From Minisyncoccota bacterium (GTDB taxonomy: Bacteria > Patescibacteriota > Minisyncoccia > Phycocordibacterales > UBA12088), in contig JAYRER010000048.1 in the NCBI GenBank assembly GCA_041908795.1, positions 18,413 to 82,412 on the forward strand: a stretch of DNA of 64,000 bases, given 5' to 3'. How positions within the stretch are numbered: position 1 is the stretch's first letter; each line of letters starts with the position of its first letter. Below the pieces are notes generated by a model. It saw only the letters and a program-made list of their open reading frames with translations. It did no database searches and had not been told where the DNA came from. The position numbers and the translations under genes are program-made. Positions 9,074 through 17,804 of this stretch are shown in pieces.

Positions 9074-9724
9074 ATGTATCCAACCATGCACACTATACGA
9101 GAACGATGGGGCACGTTAGTCGGGCTTTCCGTTGTTGTGGCGCTCTTCCTTGTCGCGTCCGTGCTCACACGCATGTATGGAGAAATGCTTAGCGAGCTCA
9201 TGCAAGGTCACGAGTATGCGGGGATGTTTCTCTACGTTACCGTTACCATCGTTGCGGTGGTGCTCGCACCGTTCTCAACCATACCCCTGCTCCCGGTCGC
9301 CGTTACGTTGTGGGGACCTTTTCTTACCGCCCTACTCTCGATACTCGGTTGGACCATTGGTGCCGGGGTGGCATTTCTCGTTGCGCGCAGGTGGGGCACA
9401 CGACTGGTACGGAAGATCGTTTCAATCGAACGCATCGCACGCCTCGAACGCATGGTCACGACGCACCACCCGTTCCTCACCATTACCCTCCTTCGCATGG
9501 CGGTGCCGGTTGACATTCTCTCGTACGCTCTCGGTCTATTTTCCAAGGTCAGTTTTCGAACGTACCTTGCCGCAACACTTGTGGGCGTGACACCGTTTGC
9601 GTTCGTGTTTGCGTATGTCGGAACACTCACCCTCACCAGACAACTCCTCATCCTTCTCTGCGTCGGGCTCGCGCTCGTGTTCATACACATTCAAGAACCC
9701 TTGGCAAAACCCCCAAGTTCTTAA
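9074..9724 (+). CDS. DedA/VTT (TVP38/TMEM64) family membrane protein
   Basis: LLRMAVPVDILSYALG and GWTIGAGVAF re-entrant motifs. Confidence 0.85.
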   Translation: MYPTMHTIRERWGTLVGLSVVVALFLVASVLTRMYGEMLSELMQGHEYAGMFLYVTVTIVAVVLAPFSTIPLLPVAVTLWGPFLTALLSILGWTIGAGVAFLVARRWGTRLVRKIVSIERIARLERMVTTHHPFLTITLLRMAVPVDILSYALGLFSKVSFRTYLAATLVGVTPFAFVFAYVGTLTLTRQLLILLCVGLALVFIHIQEPLAKPPSS

Positions 9725-9734
9725 AGTGTCAAAA

Positions 9735-9770
9735 CATTCGTTTAGAACGCTATAGCGTTCTAAACGAATG
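9735..9770. repeat. 36-bp perfect palindrome CATTCGTTTAGAACGCTATAGCGTTCTAAACGAATG
   Basis: Read directly; 10 nt after the DedA stop. Confidence 0.9.
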
Positions 9771-9866
9771 ACTGCCAATAAAACAAAATAACAGTGAAGC
9801 TGTTGCTGAGATATAGGGATAGTATATGCCTCAAAATACGACCAATGCGTGCAAAGTTGTGTATAA

Positions 9867-9891
9867 AATTACGTAATCGTTTACGTAATTC
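9867..9891. repeat. Second copy of the AATTACGTAATCG(A/T)TTACGTAATTC palindrome
   Basis: One mismatch to 2781-2805. Confidence 0.85.
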
Positions 9892-9924
9892 TTTTGTGCT
9901 ATCTTCGCGCGTACCACGCAGTCA

Positions 9925-10308
9925 TTAGAGTATGTTGAGGGCGCCTTCGAGGAGCGAGCGCATCACCGTGGCATCACCTGCGGGAATGAGCGAGCCCTTG
10001 CGATACTCAACGGTTCCGATGATGGTTTTGAGTACCGCGCGTGCGGCGACGAGGTTGCCCTTCCCTCCCTTCTTGATGAGCCCCTCGGCGACGAGGACAC
10101 GGCCGTTGATCCACGCGGCAAGTCAGTGGGGAATATCCGCACTCTTGGTGTACGCGTGCAGGAGTGCGAGGTAGTCGAGCGTGGTCTGCTCCTCCCCACC
10201 CCTACTCGTGGTGTCGACCATGCCGTCGCCATCGAAGTCGAGCTCGATAAAGGGCACACTGTCTTGAACTTTCGCGACACTTAAAACGAACCGTTGTTGA
10301 AAAACCAT
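9925..10308 (-). pseudogene. Gene remnant with DxDxDG motif and in-frame TGA (10123-10125)
   Basis: ...ELDFDGDGMVD...ADIPH*LAAWINGRVLVAEGLIKKG...LLEGALNIL; the frame continues 65 codons past the TGA. Confidence 0.55.
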
Positions 10309-10353
10309 ACTTGGCCAACCAAAGCAATAGAGCCATTATGCTACACTCGGTGC

Positions 10354-11709
10354 ATGCGAGGAACTATACATGTGCTCATGGGGGCGTGGGCGTACGTGTG
10401 CCAAGAGTGGAGACGTGCGCACGTAGCTTTTAGAACCCTGTTCATAGTAGTAGCCGCCTTACATATCGCATCCGTGTTCCTTCTACCCGCATTCGGTGGG
10501 ACATACTCCGGAACACAAGACCCTCTCGAGTATCGGATGATGGCAGAACATATCCTCTCCCACGGGGTGCTCTCGATTGCACACCCATGGGAGCAGAACC
10601 CCGACATCTACCGTGGGCCCGGGTACTCGCTCTTTCTCGCTCCGCTCCTCCTACTCGATTCCACAGCCACGCTTGCCATTCTGGTACAAAAGCTGCTGCT
10701 CTTTTTGGGCGGTTTTCTTGTACTGTGGCTTGCACTCACGTTTGGATTGTCGCGACCTCTCGCATGGAGCGGAGTACTGCTCTACCTGGCAGAACCCTAT
10801 CAGTGGATTCTCTCACTTCAGACCATGACCGAAACCGTATTTACCTTTCTGTTCCTACTCCTGTGCGTGGGGGTTACGTACCTCACAGTGTACCGTGCTT
10901 CACTCCAACAACAGCATCGCTGGAGTGTGAGCATTGGCCTTGCGGTAGTGGTGTCACTCGCGACACTTGCAAAGCCGACCGCGGCCATACTCGCCCTCCC
11001 GCTCCTTGTGTTTCTGGTTGTCTTTCACGGGTGGAAACTGGCCACCGTCGCGACGCTGGCCATAGTGGCAATGCTCAGCCCGCTTATCGTACGCAACTAC
11101 ATGCTGACCGGAGATATGCTACTGAGCACCACTCCCTACTACAACTATGTACAGGGGTTTGGCACCGAAGCAGAGAAGCAGGCGGTAATCGGTACCGATA
11201 GGCGTACTGATGAGAAGGGACGACTATTTCTCATTATTGACGGCTTCACCCTTGATGGGTATGAGAACTTAAAGCGTGTGTACGCACAGGTCACCGAGCG
11301 CACCTCACTACTGGAGAGCATTGACGATCAGGTTATGTGCTCGCATCATGTCCTTTTTCATCGCTACAAGCCCCACTTTGCAATGCTGACGCAGAACCGC
11401 TTTTCATTTCTTGACAGAACAATAGATTACGCAGGGTTTTCCTTTATGGGCATCGTGTACCTCCTTGCACTTATAGGCACGGCCACTGTTTTACGTACCC
11501 GAAAGGCCCTTTTCCCCGTGGTTGCGACGGTGGGCGCATGGTTCGCACTTATTGTCTTTGCCAACGTGTGCATGGGGTACTCGCGCATGCTTATCCCGAT
11601 GCACGGCCCACTATTTATCATGGCTCTTGCCGGACTCGCTGCGCTGTTTGGGTGTGCCCGAAGAAGCGGCATAGTTGCGCTCACGTCGGCGGTACAACGC
11701 GCGAAGTAG
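10354..11709 (+). CDS. GT-C-fold membrane glycosyltransferase (PMT/GT39-like)
   Basis: D-x-x-EY first loop, RGPGYSLFL, MTETVFTFL, many TM helices, C-terminal SRMLIP. Confidence 0.8.
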   Translation: MRGTIHVLMGAWAYVCQEWRRAHVAFRTLFIVVAALHIASVFLLPAFGGTYSGTQDPLEYRMMAEHILSHGVLSIAHPWEQNPDIYRGPGYSLFLAPLLLLDSTATLAILVQKLLLFLGGFLVLWLALTFGLSRPLAWSGVLLYLAEPYQWILSLQTMTETVFTFLFLLLCVGVTYLTVYRASLQQQHRWSVSIGLAVVVSLATLAKPTAAILALPLLVFLVVFHGWKLATVATLAIVAMLSPLIVRNYMLTGDMLLSTTPYYNYVQGFGTEAEKQAVIGTDRRTDEKGRLFLIIDGFTLDGYENLKRVYAQVTERTSLLESIDDQVMCSHHVLFHRYKPHFAMLTQNRFSFLDRTIDYAGFSFMGIVYLLALIGTATVLRTRKALFPVVATVGAWFALIVFANVCMGYSRMLIPMHGPLFIMALAGLAALFGCARRSGIVALTSAVQRAK

Positions 11710-12582
11710 TTGCGGTGAAAAAGGAAACAGTGCGCCTAGAAGTGCAAGAAGATAGTGTCTCCTCCCTGTCACACGAAATGCCTCGTAAAGGCGTTGAATC
11801 GCCCTTCCCTTTTTGCCCGCAAGCAAGAGCCCCATACCTGCACCATACGCAGGAGGGCCGAAATTTGCGGGACAGTGCGCCATGAAGTCATCGTGCATTT
11901 CATCAAGGAAGACGTCGAGTACTTTTGCTCGCTCGATAGAAAGTTTCAGATTTGGTCGCGCACGGTTTTTTGTCACGGAGTACTGGTCGCTGTTTGGATA
12001 GAATATCCCCAGTGGCTCCGCGTGGTAGTACGATTGTGTGCGCTTTTCTATTCTCCTAAAGAATATGAACTGCAGGTACTTTACCTCCCAGCGTGTCGTG
12101 CCGATGATGTTTCTACGAATGGTGGCGAACCCTGTTTTTATCCTGCGCTGGCCTCTCTCGCACAAAAGATCTTCGAAAGGAATCGGCCCGGTGGTACGCT
12201 CAAGACCCGTTACCTCACCGTCCGGCGTACGAAAGGGAGCTCCAACAAACCCAATGTCGGGATACTGTGTATACACCGTATGAATGGTTTCAAGTGCATG
12301 TGGAAAAAGCTCGTCGTCACTGTCCAAAAAAGCAATAATGTCGCCTCGGGCCTCGTCAATACCCCGATTTCTCGCCTTGTTCACTCCTTGGTTAGTGCCT
12401 AAGTTCACGTAGCGAATCTTGGGATGCTTGTACTTCCCCTCAAAGAGTTCCGCAGTCTTGTCCGTTGATCCATCGTCGATGACGATTATCTCAATATCTT
12501 GGAACGTTTGTGCGAGCACACTCTCGAGCGCACGCTGTACAAAAACCTCTCGGTTATACGTCGGAATGATGACGCTTATCAT
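11611..12582 (-). CDS. Glycosyltransferase family 2
   Basis: ISVIIPTYNR, IDDGSTD, FLDSDD. Confidence 0.92.
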   Translation of the reverse strand: MISVIIPTYNREVFVQRALESVLAQTFQDIEIIVIDDGSTDKTAELFEGKYKHPKIRYVNLGTNQGVNKARNRGIDEARGDIIAFLDSDDELFPHALETIHTVYTQYPDIGFVGAPFRTPDGEVTGLERTTGPIPFEDLLCERGQRRIKTGFATIRRNIIGTTRWEVKYLQFIFFRRIEKRTQSYYHAEPLGIFYPNSDQYSVTKNRARPNLKLSIERAKVLDVFLDEMHDDFMAHCPANFGPPAYGAGMGLLLAGKKGRAIQRLYEAFRVTGRRHYLLALLGALFPFSPQLLRALYRRRERNYAASSGTPKQRSESGKSHDK

Positions 12583-12584
12583 AG

Positions 12585-13298
12585 CTACCGAAATATCTTG
12601 TCACGAACATCGCGTGCGCGCCAGTAGAGCGGTGTGAGCATGAGGCGGAACTTCCAAAATGGAATATTGCGCGAAATGATGACCCGCGGTATGGCGTAGG
12701 GGTCGAGCGTCTCCCCGTCGTAGAGCACGCCGACGGGGCCGGTGGCATACTCGTAGTATTTCGCGGCAAACTTTTTCACCCGTGCGTCGAAGTTACCCTT
12801 GGGGTACGCAAGACCCACAACCTTCTTCTGTAAGTTGTCCTCTATGAGTTGTTTTGAGTGTGAGAGCTCGTAGTCAAGCTCACTGTCGGAGAGTGTGGTG
12901 AGGAGCGGGTGCGTGTGGGTGTGGCTCTCGATTGAAACGAGTCCGCTCGACTCAAGCTCTCGCATCTGCTCCCATGAGAGAAATCGAAATGTGAACCCCT
13001 CGGCATTCGTGTGGTCCTTCCCCACAAAATCAGTGGCAACAAAGATGGTGGCGTGTATGTTGTGCTTTTTTAAGATTGGGAGTGCGTTGGTGAGATTGTC
13101 CTCAAGACCGTCGTCGAATGAAAATGTAACATATACACAGTTCGCAGGGCTTACCCCCATTCGTGACAAGTTTTTGACTTGGCTTACCTGCGTAGAGCTA
13201 TTTTTGATCCTGTCATACTGCTGATTAAGTACATAGGGCTGTACAGCATGTACGTATGCCAAGTCAGACACCGAATGGTATGCGTAATTGAGTAGCAT
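12585..13298 (-). CDS. Polysaccharide deacetylase (NodB/CE4)
   Basis: YHSV, SFDDG, SHTHTHP, AYPKG. Confidence 0.92.
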   Translation of the reverse strand: MLLNYAYHSVSDLAYVHAVQPYVLNQQYDRIKNSSTQVSQVKNLSRMGVSPANCVYVTFSFDDGLEDNLTNALPILKKHNIHATIFVATDFVGKDHTNAEGFTFRFLSWEQMRELESSGLVSIESHTHTHPLLTTLSDSELDYELSHSKQLIEDNLQKKVVGLAYPKGNFDARVKKFAAKYYEYATGPVGVLYDGETLDPYAIPRVIISRNIPFWKFRLMLTPLYWRARDVRDKIFR

Positions 13299-14266
13299 TA
13301 CGCTGTGTTATGTTGTTTTTTGTAGTAGTCCCGCATCCACTCAACCGTGCGTCGCACACCCTCTTCAAGCGATACCGAATTTGTATGTCGTAAATCTCGC
13401 ACAGATTTACTTACATCCACATGTTTGTTTTTTGTGGTAAGTATCTCACTTTCAGCATAAGAGATGAGAGAAACATCTGCATGGGTATACTTCCACACAA
13501 GAGTAGCCAAATCTTCAATAGAATGTTCTTCGCTTCCTCCGATATTGTAGACTTCCCCCGCCTTAAAGTTGTCCACGATATTGCTAAGAGTTCGTACACT
13601 GTCTTCAAGGAACGTGGAAGTGCGAGTATGTCCGCGATACACAGTAACCGGTAACCCATGGAGGGCGTGGTATGTAAACTTGCAATTAACACTTCTGTAG
13701 GGATGGTACCACTCACCCGGTCCATACGTATTGAAAAGACGCACTACTACAGTTTCCGTTCCATGTTGTATTCTTGAGTTACGTACCTGTTGTTCATTTA
13801 CCCACTTTGAAAGAGCGTAATCATTGAGTTGCTTGACCTCTGTGGTATCCATTACATCCTCAACCATGGTGTCGGGAAAATCCCCATACACCTCTGAAGA
13901 AGAAAAATGTATGAGTTTAAAACGGAGCTTCTCCTGTAACCGGAGCATATGTTTTGTTCCAATAGCGTTGGAGCGCCAGACTTGCTCATAAAAATCCTCT
14001 CCATTCCACCTCCCAAACTCCGCCGCCGCGTGGTACACAAAGTCAAAGGTGCCATGCTTCTCGAACACCCGCTCAATTTGACGATAGTCGCCAACATCAC
14101 AACGTGAGTAAGAAGCCTCTGTTTTTGACATTTCATGTTCCCACCCAACCTCTCCTGGAGCGTGTTCCAAATCAACCCCAAACACGCTATGGCCTTTCTC
14201 TGTAAGCATAGCAACAAGCCATGTACCCACCACCCCACGAGATCCAGTCACAAGTATTCTCGACAT
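13298..14266 (-). CDS. NAD-dependent epimerase/dehydratase
   Basis: VTGSRGVVG, SSSEVYG, YALSK, RLFNTYGP. Confidence 0.92.
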   Translation of the reverse strand: MSRILVTGSRGVVGTWLVAMLTEKGHSVFGVDLEHAPGEVGWEHEMSKTEASYSRCDVGDYRQIERVFEKHGTFDFVYHAAAEFGRWNGEDFYEQVWRSNAIGTKHMLRLQEKLRFKLIHFSSSEVYGDFPDTMVEDVMDTTEVKQLNDYALSKWVNEQQVRNSRIQHGTETVVVRLFNTYGPGEWYHPYRSVNCKFTYHALHGLPVTVYRGHTRTSTFLEDSVRTLSNIVDNFKAGEVYNIGGSEEHSIEDLATLVWKYTHADVSLISYAESEILTTKNKHVDVSKSVRDLRHTNSVSLEEGVRRTVEWMRDYYKKQHNTA

Positions 14267-14294
14267 ATAAGGAATATTACATCAACATTTTCAT

Positions 14295-15107
14295 TTATTC
14301 CACTCGCTTTGCCAAAAAAACAAGGTGCCTTCCTAAAGGCAGTGCTGTTCTGCCAAGCGCTTGTTCGAAGGAAATAATGAGCCACCGCAGAGGTGCAAGG
14401 TGTAAAGGATACTTCAATAATGTATCAAAATACGGTCCGTCAACGTAGGAGCAGTACCTCACTTTTTTGACATCAAACCCATGCTGTTCAAGACTGGCTC
14501 GCAAACTTGTTCTACTAAATTCCCGTACATGTGCATCACCGTGACGTGCGAGCTCTTCAATAGTGAAATGCTCAAGTGAGTGGAACGACCGATACCCCAG
14601 CGTCCGCATGAGTCGACCCCACCACGTGCCATCGGCATTGTAGTTTGGTGTGGTGAGAAGCAAGTAGCCCCCGGGCTTGATGAGGCGACGCAATTCTTTC
14701 AGCATGGCGTCTTTATCGTGCACATGCTCTATCACCTCGGAGCTGATAGCGACATCAAATGAAGCATCATCTGCTGGTATTCTTTCGCCAACCGATGCAG
14801 TGAACGTTATGTGCTCCGCTTCACAAAGTGCTTTTTGCTTGTTTGCTTCGGTAATGAAGCTCTCAGCGATATCTACACCGAGCCCCTTATGAATGGTGTC
14901 GCGCGCACGAAGAAGTTGGCGCCCTGTTGCACAACCCACATCGATAACCGCCTCATGTGGCACGGTCCGAAGCAATCGATCGATTGCCTCCTCTCGCACA
15001 TAGTTGGTGAGACCCACGCGGTGTGTAGGTTGAAACTTGTACCCTCCGTAGAGGTACGCTTTCTCTTTTCCAAACTGCTCCCACATTAGTTTGTAGCTAC
15101 TACTCAT
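14295..15107 (-). CDS. Class I SAM-dependent methyltransferase
   Basis: IDVGCATG, SEVIEHV, LIKPGG. Confidence 0.9.
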   Translation of the reverse strand: MSSSYKLMWEQFGKEKAYLYGGYKFQPTHRVGLTNYVREEAIDRLLRTVPHEAVIDVGCATGRQLLRARDTIHKGLGVDIAESFITEANKQKALCEAEHITFTASVGERIPADDASFDVAISSEVIEHVHDKDAMLKELRRLIKPGGYLLLTTPNYNADGTWWGRLMRTLGYRSFHSLEHFTIEELARHGDAHVREFSRTSLRASLEQHGFDVKKVRYCSYVDGPYFDTLLKYPLHLAPLRWLIISFEQALGRTALPLGRHLVFLAKRVE

Positions 15108-16245
15108 GGTCTAGTTCGCTCACAGCCGAAGCAAATTGCTTTCCTATGGTATGCCATGACAGGTACTCCGCTGTAAAAGCCCGTGCTGCGTTCCCCACTT
15201 TTACACGTCCAGCAGGCCCCATGGCGTGTACCTCCTTGAGGGCCTGTGTGAGTCCATCCACAATACTGGACGGGGAAATCACAATGAACGGCGAGGGTGC
15301 CACCTGCTTCTTTTGAAGTTCCGCAACCGGTCCCACATCGGTGACGATAACGGGGACACCGAGCGCAAGGTACTCGGGTAGTTTCGAAGGAAATGCGTAC
15401 TCGGTCATTGGATGGAGAGGTCGGGGAATCGAAAGCACGTCAGCTTTTGAAATAATTTTTCCTACGTCCGTATGAGGAACATTCTGGTGAAGTTCGATTG
15501 AAACATCCAAATGCTTTTCCTTCAATAGATTACGCAATTCCCCCGCATCCCCACTCACCACAAACAGCAATGTGAACGGGAACGATTTTTCGGATTGTAT
15601 TCTTGCAACGGCCTCTATGAGATCTTCTGTCCCCTGGTACCCACGAAGGTTGCCCATGTACCCTATCACAAGTGGCGTAGAAGGAGCTGTGACATCCTTT
15701 TCAGTGTGCACAGGATAGTCCTCCAAGTCCACACCACCATAGATGGGCACGAACTTCGAATTAACCCACGCGTAGTAAGAACCGAGTTTGCTTGAAACAG
15801 GAAATACACGATCGTACCAGAAAAGCCAAAAAGCGGTGCGCAGTTTCATGCACCAACTTTTCCAATGCCCTATCGCTCCCTTGAATCGCCACTCTTCGTG
15901 CAGCAGTCCATGGAGGTCAATACCTATGGAAACCCCAGTACACAACTTAAGCACTACAGGCAATTTAACGTTCGTTTCTGTACTGGTTAAAACCACTTCA
16001 ATCTTTCTTTCACGCACCAGTCGCTTCAATGTGGTAAGTTTTTGTATGGATGTGCCTGTGGGGTAAGGTATAAAATCAACATTCTTCGCATCTGTACCAA
16101 GCGCACACACCGTAACATCGTGATGCTTGGTGAGTTCCGTCAGTAAGTGGTGAATACGAATCGGTGTTCCACGAAGTGGATTCCGAAGGTCGGTGCTTGT
16201 GATATACAACACCTTCTTACGAACAATTTGGTTATCTTGGTTCAT
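15100..16245 (-). CDS. Glycosyltransferase family 4
   Basis: FPSKLPEYLALGVPVIVTDVG. Confidence 0.9.
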   Translation of the reverse strand: MNQDNQIVRKKVLYITSTDLRNPLRGTPIRIHHLLTELTKHHDVTVCALGTDAKNVDFIPYPTGTSIQKLTTLKRLVRERKIEVVLTSTETNVKLPVVLKLCTGVSIGIDLHGLLHEEWRFKGAIGHWKSWCMKLRTAFWLFWYDRVFPVSSKLGSYYAWVNSKFVPIYGGVDLEDYPVHTEKDVTAPSTPLVIGYMGNLRGYQGTEDLIEAVARIQSEKSFPFTLLFVVSGDAGELRNLLKEKHLDVSIELHQNVPHTDVGKIISKADVLSIPRPLHPMTEYAFPSKLPEYLALGVPVIVTDVGPVAELQKKQVAPSPFIVISPSSIVDGLTQALKEVHAMGPAGRVKVGNAARAFTAEYLSWHTIGKQFASAVSELDHE

Positions 16246-16445
16246 TCTTTGCAGAATTACATTAGAATCTCCACACCAAAAGTCTCCATCTCAAACGCGG
16301 CGACAACCAGACGCCTTGTGAGTTCCAGTTCTATCGTACGGCACCAGCTGAAACAGGTGCCTCGCCTTTCTCCTCTCATACGTGAGAATAGTATACCTCT
16401 AAGCCGGAAGCGCCACATATGAGACAAGGAGTATGACTTTACATT

Positions 16446-16541
16446 TTATTGTATCTTTTTGTACACGTCACTTTCTTCAGCTGATGGTGCACCGCCGTAG
16501 AGCGTTTCAGCGATGAGTTCTGGTTTGGTCGCGAGGCACAT
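16446..16541 (-). CDS. Possible 31-aa small ORF or gene remnant (MCLATKPELIAETLYGGAPSAEESDVYKKIQ)
   Basis: TGATACCAT -10 exactly 6 nt before the ATG, the same geometry as bona fide genes in this window. Confidence 0.3.
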   Translation of the reverse strand: MCLATKPELIAETLYGGAPSAEESDVYKKIQ

Positions 16542-16630
16542 GCGAGTATGGTATCACACAGCACGTGCAATTCGTATTTCAAAATCATGGAAATGTGTCA
16601 GTTTACATGAGTGGAAATCAAGCAAATCAG

Positions 16631-17800
16631 CTAATTTCCATGAGTTTGTATGAATTTGAGGATGTTGTGCGCTCGTTTTTCCCACGTGTACTTTTCCTTT
16701 ACCTCGCGGCGGGCTTTCTCTGCGCGGGTGGCGGCCGCCTCCTGGTCGGCAAGCACGGCGTGTACGCCGCGCGCCATGTCCTCCGCGTCGCCGGGTCGCA
16801 CAAACACCGCGAGCGATTCGTCGAGTATTTCCCGCACACTCGGAAGGTCGGTCGTCACCATGGGGATCCCGCTCGCCATGTACTCAAAGAGCTTGATGGG
16901 GCTCATGAAGAGGCGGTAGTGTTCGAGGTCGGGGTACGCCATCACCAGCACGTCACAGACGAGGAAGTACTGCGGGAACTCCTTCTGGGGAATGTGCCCC
17001 ACCACCGTCACATCCTCCCGTGCGATACCCGCTGCGGCGCAGAGCTCATTGATGTACGGCTTTTCATGCTCCTCGACACCCGCCAAAAAGAGGAGCGCGT
17101 GCGGGTGCTTTTTCTTCACCGCCGGGAAGCCCTCGATGAGCTCCTCGACCCCCTTGCCCTTGCCCATGGTGGTGATTTTCCCGAGGTGGCCCACGATGAG
17201 CCGATCTTCGGGAAGACCGAGCGCCACGCGGAGCTCCGACTTTGTAAGCGGACTCTCAAACCGCTCGGGCGAAACGGCGTCGGGCGCCACGAGTACCTTT
17301 TCGGGGAGAATGTTCCACGTACGTACATAAAAGTCCTTGAGTCCTTTGGTTATCGCCACACAGTGGTGCACATTACGCAGTATTGCTCGAATATGAATGA
17401 GTGGCCGTTTAGTATGGATTTCGTATACGAGGCGGTTTGTACATAAGCTCAAGAAGAATCCCGTAACCTCATCACGCGAATAAATGACATCGGGTTTCAA
17501 AACGAGTGCACGAACAGTCGCTACAAGAGCAAACGTTAGCAATTGCAACAAGTGCCCCGTTTTCCCAAGCCAATGCCACTCAAGTGACGGACATCGCACT
17601 ACTCGAAAGGAGTGGGTCACTCCGTAGAACGCACACACATCTTCTTTCAAGCGATACTTGCTGTCGGCGGTAACTAATGTCACCTCCACCTTCTCTCCAT
17701 GCATAGTTGCATGAGAAAACGCCTCGCACATTTTAACAATTTGGACGCTATATGCCTTGTGTGAAGGTATACGCCCGTTTGAGACATACACAAGATGCAT
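16631..17800 (-). CDS. Glycosyltransferase family 4
   Basis: SPIKLFEYMASGIPMVTTDLP; start MHLVYVSNGR. Confidence 0.92.
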   Translation of the reverse strand: MHLVYVSNGRIPSHKAYSVQIVKMCEAFSHATMHGEKVEVTLVTADSKYRLKEDVCAFYGVTHSFRVVRCPSLEWHWLGKTGHLLQLLTFALVATVRALVLKPDVIYSRDEVTGFFLSLCTNRLVYEIHTKRPLIHIRAILRNVHHCVAITKGLKDFYVRTWNILPEKVLVAPDAVSPERFESPLTKSELRVALGLPEDRLIVGHLGKITTMGKGKGVEELIEGFPAVKKKHPHALLFLAGVEEHEKPYINELCAAAGIAREDVTVVGHIPQKEFPQYFLVCDVLVMAYPDLEHYRLFMSPIKLFEYMASGIPMVTTDLPSVREILDESLAVFVRPGDAEDMARGVHAVLADQEAAATRAEKARREVKEKYTWEKRAHNILKFIQTHGN

Positions 17801-17804
17801 ACTT

